From Malacoraja senta (Eukaryota), in contig CM075994.1 in assembly GCA_038087875.1 (NCBI GenBank), positions 3,722,001 through 3,786,000 on the forward strand: DNA of 64,000 nt. The letters run 5' to 3'. Below are positions 58,660-64,000 of this stretch, one piece after another; within the stretch, counting starts at the first letter, position 1; every line of letters starts with the position of its first letter. The notes below the pieces were generated by a model. That model made no database searches. It had not been told where the DNA came from and worked only from the letters and a program-made list of their open reading frames with translations. Both the position numbers and the translations under genes were made by a program.

Positions 58660-59850
58660 AAAGCAAATAGCAATAACAGGATCGGTCCGAGTCAGCAAGG
58701 ATTTACAAAGGGGAAATCAAGCTTGGCTAATCTTCTCGAATTTTTTGAGGATGTAATTCGGAAAATGGGCAAGGGAGAAACAGTGGATGTAATTTACCTG
58801 GACTTTGAGAAAGCATTTGATAATATCCCACATAGGAGAATAGTGGGTAAAATTAAGACACATAGTTTTAGAGGAAGGATCCTGTCTGCCAAAATTGGTT
58901 GGCAGACATGATACAAAGGGTAGGTATCAACGGGTCCCTTTCAAAATGCAGGCAGTGACTACTGGGGTACCGCAAGGCTCGGTGCCTGGATCGCAGCTAT
59001 TTACAATATACATGAATGATTTAGATGACGGGATTAAAAGTCACGTTAGCAAATTTGCAGATGACACAATGCTGAGTGGGAATATGACTGTGAGGAGGAT
59101 GCTATGAGGATGCAGGGCGACTTGAACGGGTTGGGTGAATAGGCAGATGCATGGCAGATGCAGTTTAATGTGGATAAATGTGAGTTTATACACTTTGGTA
59201 GCAAGAACAGGAAGGCAGATTATTATCTGATTAGGTGTCATTGTACATCACTCACCGAAAATAAGCATCAAGGTACAGCAGGCAGTGACTGAAGCTAATG
59301 TTGGCCTTCATGGTAAGATGAGTTGAATATAGGAGCCGAGAGGTCCTTCTGAAATTGTACAGGGCCCTGGTGAGACCACACTTGGTGTATTGTGTGCAGT
59401 TTTGTACTCCAAATTTGAGGAAGGACATTCTTGCGCTTTCGGCCGTGCAACGTAGGCTCACAAGGTTAATTCCCGGGTTAACTGGACTGCCACGTGTTGA
59501 AAGAATGGAGCGACTGGGCTTGTATACACTGGAATTTAGATGGATGAGGTTCAAAGGTTCAAAGGTTCAAAGGTTCTTTATTAGTCACATACACCAATTG
59601 GTGTAGTGAAATGCGTATTGCCATTGCAGCACATAAAAAAAGAAAACAACATAACAATAATAAAGAAATTTAACATAAAATTTGAGAAGCGATCTTATTG
59701 AAACATATAAGATTATTAAGGTACACAATGATTAGGGTACATAAGATTATTATGGGATTGGCCACGCTAGAGGTAATAAACATGTTCCCGATGTTGGGGG
59801 AGTGTAGAACCAGTGGCCACAGTTTAAGTATAAGGGGTAGGCCATTTTGT
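58660..59850 (+). mobile_element. Decayed CR1-type LINE RT with a small nested insertion (~59548-59682)
   Basis: SQQGFTKGKS..LLEFFE..YLDFEKAFD; GVPQGSV; KFADDT. Confidence 0.88.
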
Positions 59851-62800
59851 TGTCTGGTGTATATTGTCTATTTCTATAAGACGTATTTGAAAGCTGGAAT
59901 GATTGCAATGTCTACTATCTGAGTACACGGATATTAAGCTGTATATCTTGGAATAATCAGTAACTTCCCCAGAACTGACTGCAGCCTGACCTGAGAATTC
60001 GCAATCAGGTAGTGTCGTATACACATGTTTGCAATTTGATGATTGTCATCAACATTGGTGAGCCATCTTAATTAATGTTAGCCTTAACTTCAGCTGACAA
60101 GAATTTATATTAATTCAACGAAGACCCCTTCACGTCAATCGTGGTTACTTTTTCATTGTCTGGAATTAAGTTGGTAATAGTTCTATTGACGAGAGTTATA
60201 TTGATACCGGCAGAAGAAGAATATAACACCGTTGATCAGGATAAGGCAACTGATCTATAATGAATAGATTATTGAGACAGCTCCCGTCATTAGGTGGTTT
60301 TGCTGCAAATATTCGAATCGTGGACAATCGTGGATCCTGCTTGGATCTGTTTATTACGTCTAGGAACTACATGGGCAATGTTTTCGATTGTTTTCTTGGA
60401 GGTTTTAATTTTACCAAAGACGATAGGTAGAGTCGAGTATTGCCATTCGAGCCTTTGTGTGCCTGGGTCACACACACTTGCTATATCTCTGGATATCTGA
60501 TATTCTTATTCATCAATGCAATTGGATTGAAATAGCGGGATACCTCACAGAACGGCCAACACTATCAATATGAACATCCGAGCTAACGATCAAGCATGAA
60601 ATCAGGACTGTGCGTGATTTTTTTTAACTCCGTGCGTTTTCAAGACGTCGAATCCTACGGACCGCCTCTGACCCATTACCTATTTCATTACAATACGTGT
60701 TAAAATTCAAATCTTCGACCTGGGCTTTTTATTATGAAATAGTGTACAAACACATGGAATCGCGTGGATATGTCTTCGGAACATCTTTGGAACACCGGGC
60801 ATTATCCCTTCCAGCCTTACGCACTTGCCACATCTCTCAATATTCACATGGATAGTATATCTGCAGCGACAGCATCGCGAATATTAGCTCTGCATTTTCA
60901 CACCATATCCAGCCATGTCTGATCCTTCGAGTCTCTGATCTTTCGGTCAGAGATTGGGAAATTAGTATGCAGGATGGAAATTTCACATTTTCAAATGTAC
61001 CAACACGTATTGAGGACAATAATGGTGTGAATTAGTGAGCAATGAACGCTGGACTGAAAAACCATATGCAATGGGAAAACGAAATTCAATATAAATGGTT
61101 GTTCATTGTAATATTTGAGAGAAAACAATTTAGAGCAACAATAGACTGGCAGACTTACCACTTTCGTTACTTAAAAATTAACAGGTATAGCATGCAGCCT
61201 TTCTTCGGATCAAGTGTATCCATTCCAGTTATTATTTCATTATATTCTCACTGAGCGGCTTCCAAATCAAATTCCCCCCAATGAGGAGACCAATACTCCA
61301 CGTAGTATTCTAGATGTTGCATCACCAATGCCAGATGTAAATGCAATATAACTGCCTCACCCGTGCAAATAATTATAAACGCAACGAGTCAAGTATTCAA
61401 TTTAATTTCTAATTATTGCTTATCAGAGCACCATGTGTTTGTGATCTGCAGAACGACATCTAGATTGAGTCTCACTATTCACACAACGTGTCCTTTTTGG
61501 TTGCATTGTCAAAGTAGGAAGATTCGTACTTTTGAATTATTAATCTTATATAGCCAAATCAATGCCAATTAATTTTGCCCTCTGCATAATTTACGGACTT
61601 TCCGACTTATCCTTGTGCAATTTGCAAATTCACCAACAATGCATTCGATGAGTTTATCGACGCCGTTTTGATCAATGGGCAACAGTTTGAGGATCCAGCA
61701 TAGATCGCCTGGCAACACACGTTATATCCACACGTTCCGGCGAACACGAGCACTTTACCACTAATCTCTGCGTAATCTCTGCCCCAGTATATTCACATGT
61801 CTATGTCAAAACTATTTTACACCATCAGCTCTTATTTTTTTGCGGAAATCTTTGCTAATTCACTTTATCATTTTTACATTAAACTACGATTAAAAGCATA
61901 GATCGCTCAGAATACAAGACACGAAGGACCCAGAAGGGGTGCAGAGAATATACAGCGGTTCAAGACATTGAGTTGCTAACGTATACTGAAAGAGCGTTCA
62001 TTTTTCTCCTGCTTCAAAGAAACAAATATACCGTTGACATTTTACAAGGGTGTAGATAATCATGGCGGAAACCGCTCATGCAAATATGACACAATTCGCA
62101 AGGTTGGCCAGAAAGTGCAAGAGATTGGGCCTGGTAGGATTATTCCACAAAGAATTGCGCTCACATGCTCCTGTTGGTTTCGAATGTACTTTGTTACTTT
62201 TTGATTATATGCTTCAGGTGGATAGATCATTTCTGAGTGAAGGAAACCTCAATTTTAATCAATTAGAAGTCATGAGCTCCTGTGAAAACAATGTGTTAGC
62301 GGAATGAACCATAAGAATTGACTTTGATTCGCGTTATGTTGCCAAGATGTTATCAGTTGCTCATGATCAGTTTTGCAAAACTCGAGCTGGGCTCTTTTGA
62401 CTGAGTACCACTGTAATTGAGACATGAATGTTTCTGCCAAGTCGATGGGTTAAAGAGTAATTAGGTTTAGTAGATAAAATGTGTGAGTGGTTGTTAATAT
62501 TCCGAAACAAAGGCACTGCCAGATAGCCTCAAATGCAGTGGCTGGCTTACTCTTCTCATTTACAAGTTTAGGTGAAGTGGAGATACTACATTTTATTGCA
62601 TTCACTATCATAGTCAATACGAAACAATACGTTAGACTAAAATAGGTATCTTGTCGTGTTTTAGGATTATTGATGCGGTGTCTTGAAGACACTCGTTCCT
62701 ATTTATAACTGATTATCCGATTGTTGGCTAATTACATGAATAGAACTGCTGTCCTTAATTTGGGGGGGGGTGCATTCTTGACGAGATCTTGAAATCTAGC

Positions 62801-62929
62801 AACCAATTAGGGTTTTAAATGAATTACGTCAGCAAATACAACGTTATATTTTTCCATCCCATTCTAAAGATTTATATATATATATATATATAAGTGCTTG
62901 TATTTATATTCTGAGGATTACCGTCCTGT

Positions 62930-64000
62930 TTCCATTATTCTGGATTGTTTTTGAGGCTGTGACAAGTAAAATGGACGAAGGAGAGCCAGTGGATGTACTG
63001 TATCTGGACTTTCAGAAAGCCTTTGATAAGGTCCCACAGGAGATTATTGGGCAAAATTAGAGCACATGGTATTGGGGTAGGGTATTGACATGGACAGAGA
63101 ATTGTTTGGCAGGAAATAAAGAGTAGGGATAAACGGGTCCCTGTCAAAATGGCAGGCAGTGGCGCGTGGAGTGCCGCAAGTCTCGGTGCTTGGGCCGCAA
63201 CTAATAAAATATATGAATGATTTAGATTTGCAGATGACACAAAGCTAGGTGGCAGTATTAAGAGCGAAGAGGATGCTAGGAGGTTGTAGGGTGACTTGGA
63301 CAGGTTAAGTGAGTGAGCAGATGCGTAGCAGATGTAGTATAATCTACATATATAAAAGGTGATGCACTTTGGCGACAAGAACAAGGAGGCAGATTATTAT
63401 CCCAATGATGTCAGATTATGAAAAATTGAAGTGCAACGAGACCTGGGTCCTTGTACACCAGTCAGCGATCGTAAACATGCAGGTACAACAGCAGGGAAGA
63501 AAGCTAATGGCATGTTGGCCTTCACAAGTTGAGGATTTGTGTATACGAGTAAATAGGTCCTTCTGCAGTTGTACAGGGCCCTGGTGAGACAACTTCTGGA
63601 GTATTGCGTGCAGTTTTGGTCTCTTAATTTGAGGAAGGGCATCTTTCCTATCGAGGCAGTGCAGCGTAGGTTCCAGACGTTAATCACCGGGATGGCGGGA
63701 CTCTCATGTGAGGAAAAATTGGAAGGACTGGGGTTGTATTCACTGGAAGTAAGAAGGATGAGAGGGTTCCGTATTGGAACGTATACAATTATAACAGGAC
63801 TGGACAAGCTAGATGAAGGAAAAAATATCCCAATTTTGGGGGAGTCCAGAACCAGGGGCCACAGACTAAAACTGAAATGCGAAAAAACGTTTTCACCCAG
63901 AGAGCTGTGAATTTGTGGAATTCTCTGCCGCAGAAGGCAGTAGAGGCCAATTCACTTGATTAATTTAAAAGAGAGTTAGATAGAGCTCAAGGGGCAAGCG
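62930..64000 (+). mobile_element. Decayed CR1-type LINE RT/3' region, running off the window
   Basis: [39 protein letters not shown]. Confidence 0.88.

Noticed and set aside
59900..62900. Apparently unique stretch searched for gene B continuation; weak 30-nt candidate at 62020-62049
   Set aside because: No B30.2 motif; the candidate donor gtgtag is poor

Overview
Eukaryotic, repeat-dense vertebrate DNA. The repeat families (CR1/HER1-type LINEs, V/HE1-type SINEs, Rex1-like, Penelope, DIRS, Helitron) suggest a cartilaginous fish such as a skate or ray (inference). Most ORFs in the track are repeat or microsatellite artefacts. The likely host genes are almost invisible to ORF calling. Gene A (3' end) has three 27-30 nt phase-1 micro-exons (20-46, 6100-6126, 9819-9848) spliced to an intact B30.2/PRY-SPRY exon (11604-12124). 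Gene B (32402 to at least 53496) consists, as far as I can see, only of a short ATG exon plus 18-36 nt symmetric phase-1 micro-exons. These splice into one open coiled-coil/linker frame, and one 21-nt exon has been tandemly multiplied, with live and dead copies (45.3-52.3 kb). Between the genes lie a ZFP36-family zinc-finger relic and a decayed env-less ERV (16969-29584, minus) with a tRNA-Ser PBS, a candidate 2H-phosphoesterase domain and nested hAT, Helitron and CR1 insertions. A structurally complete DIRS1 element (621-5351) sits in an intron of gene A. All exon models were read by eye and need RNA-seq confirmation.
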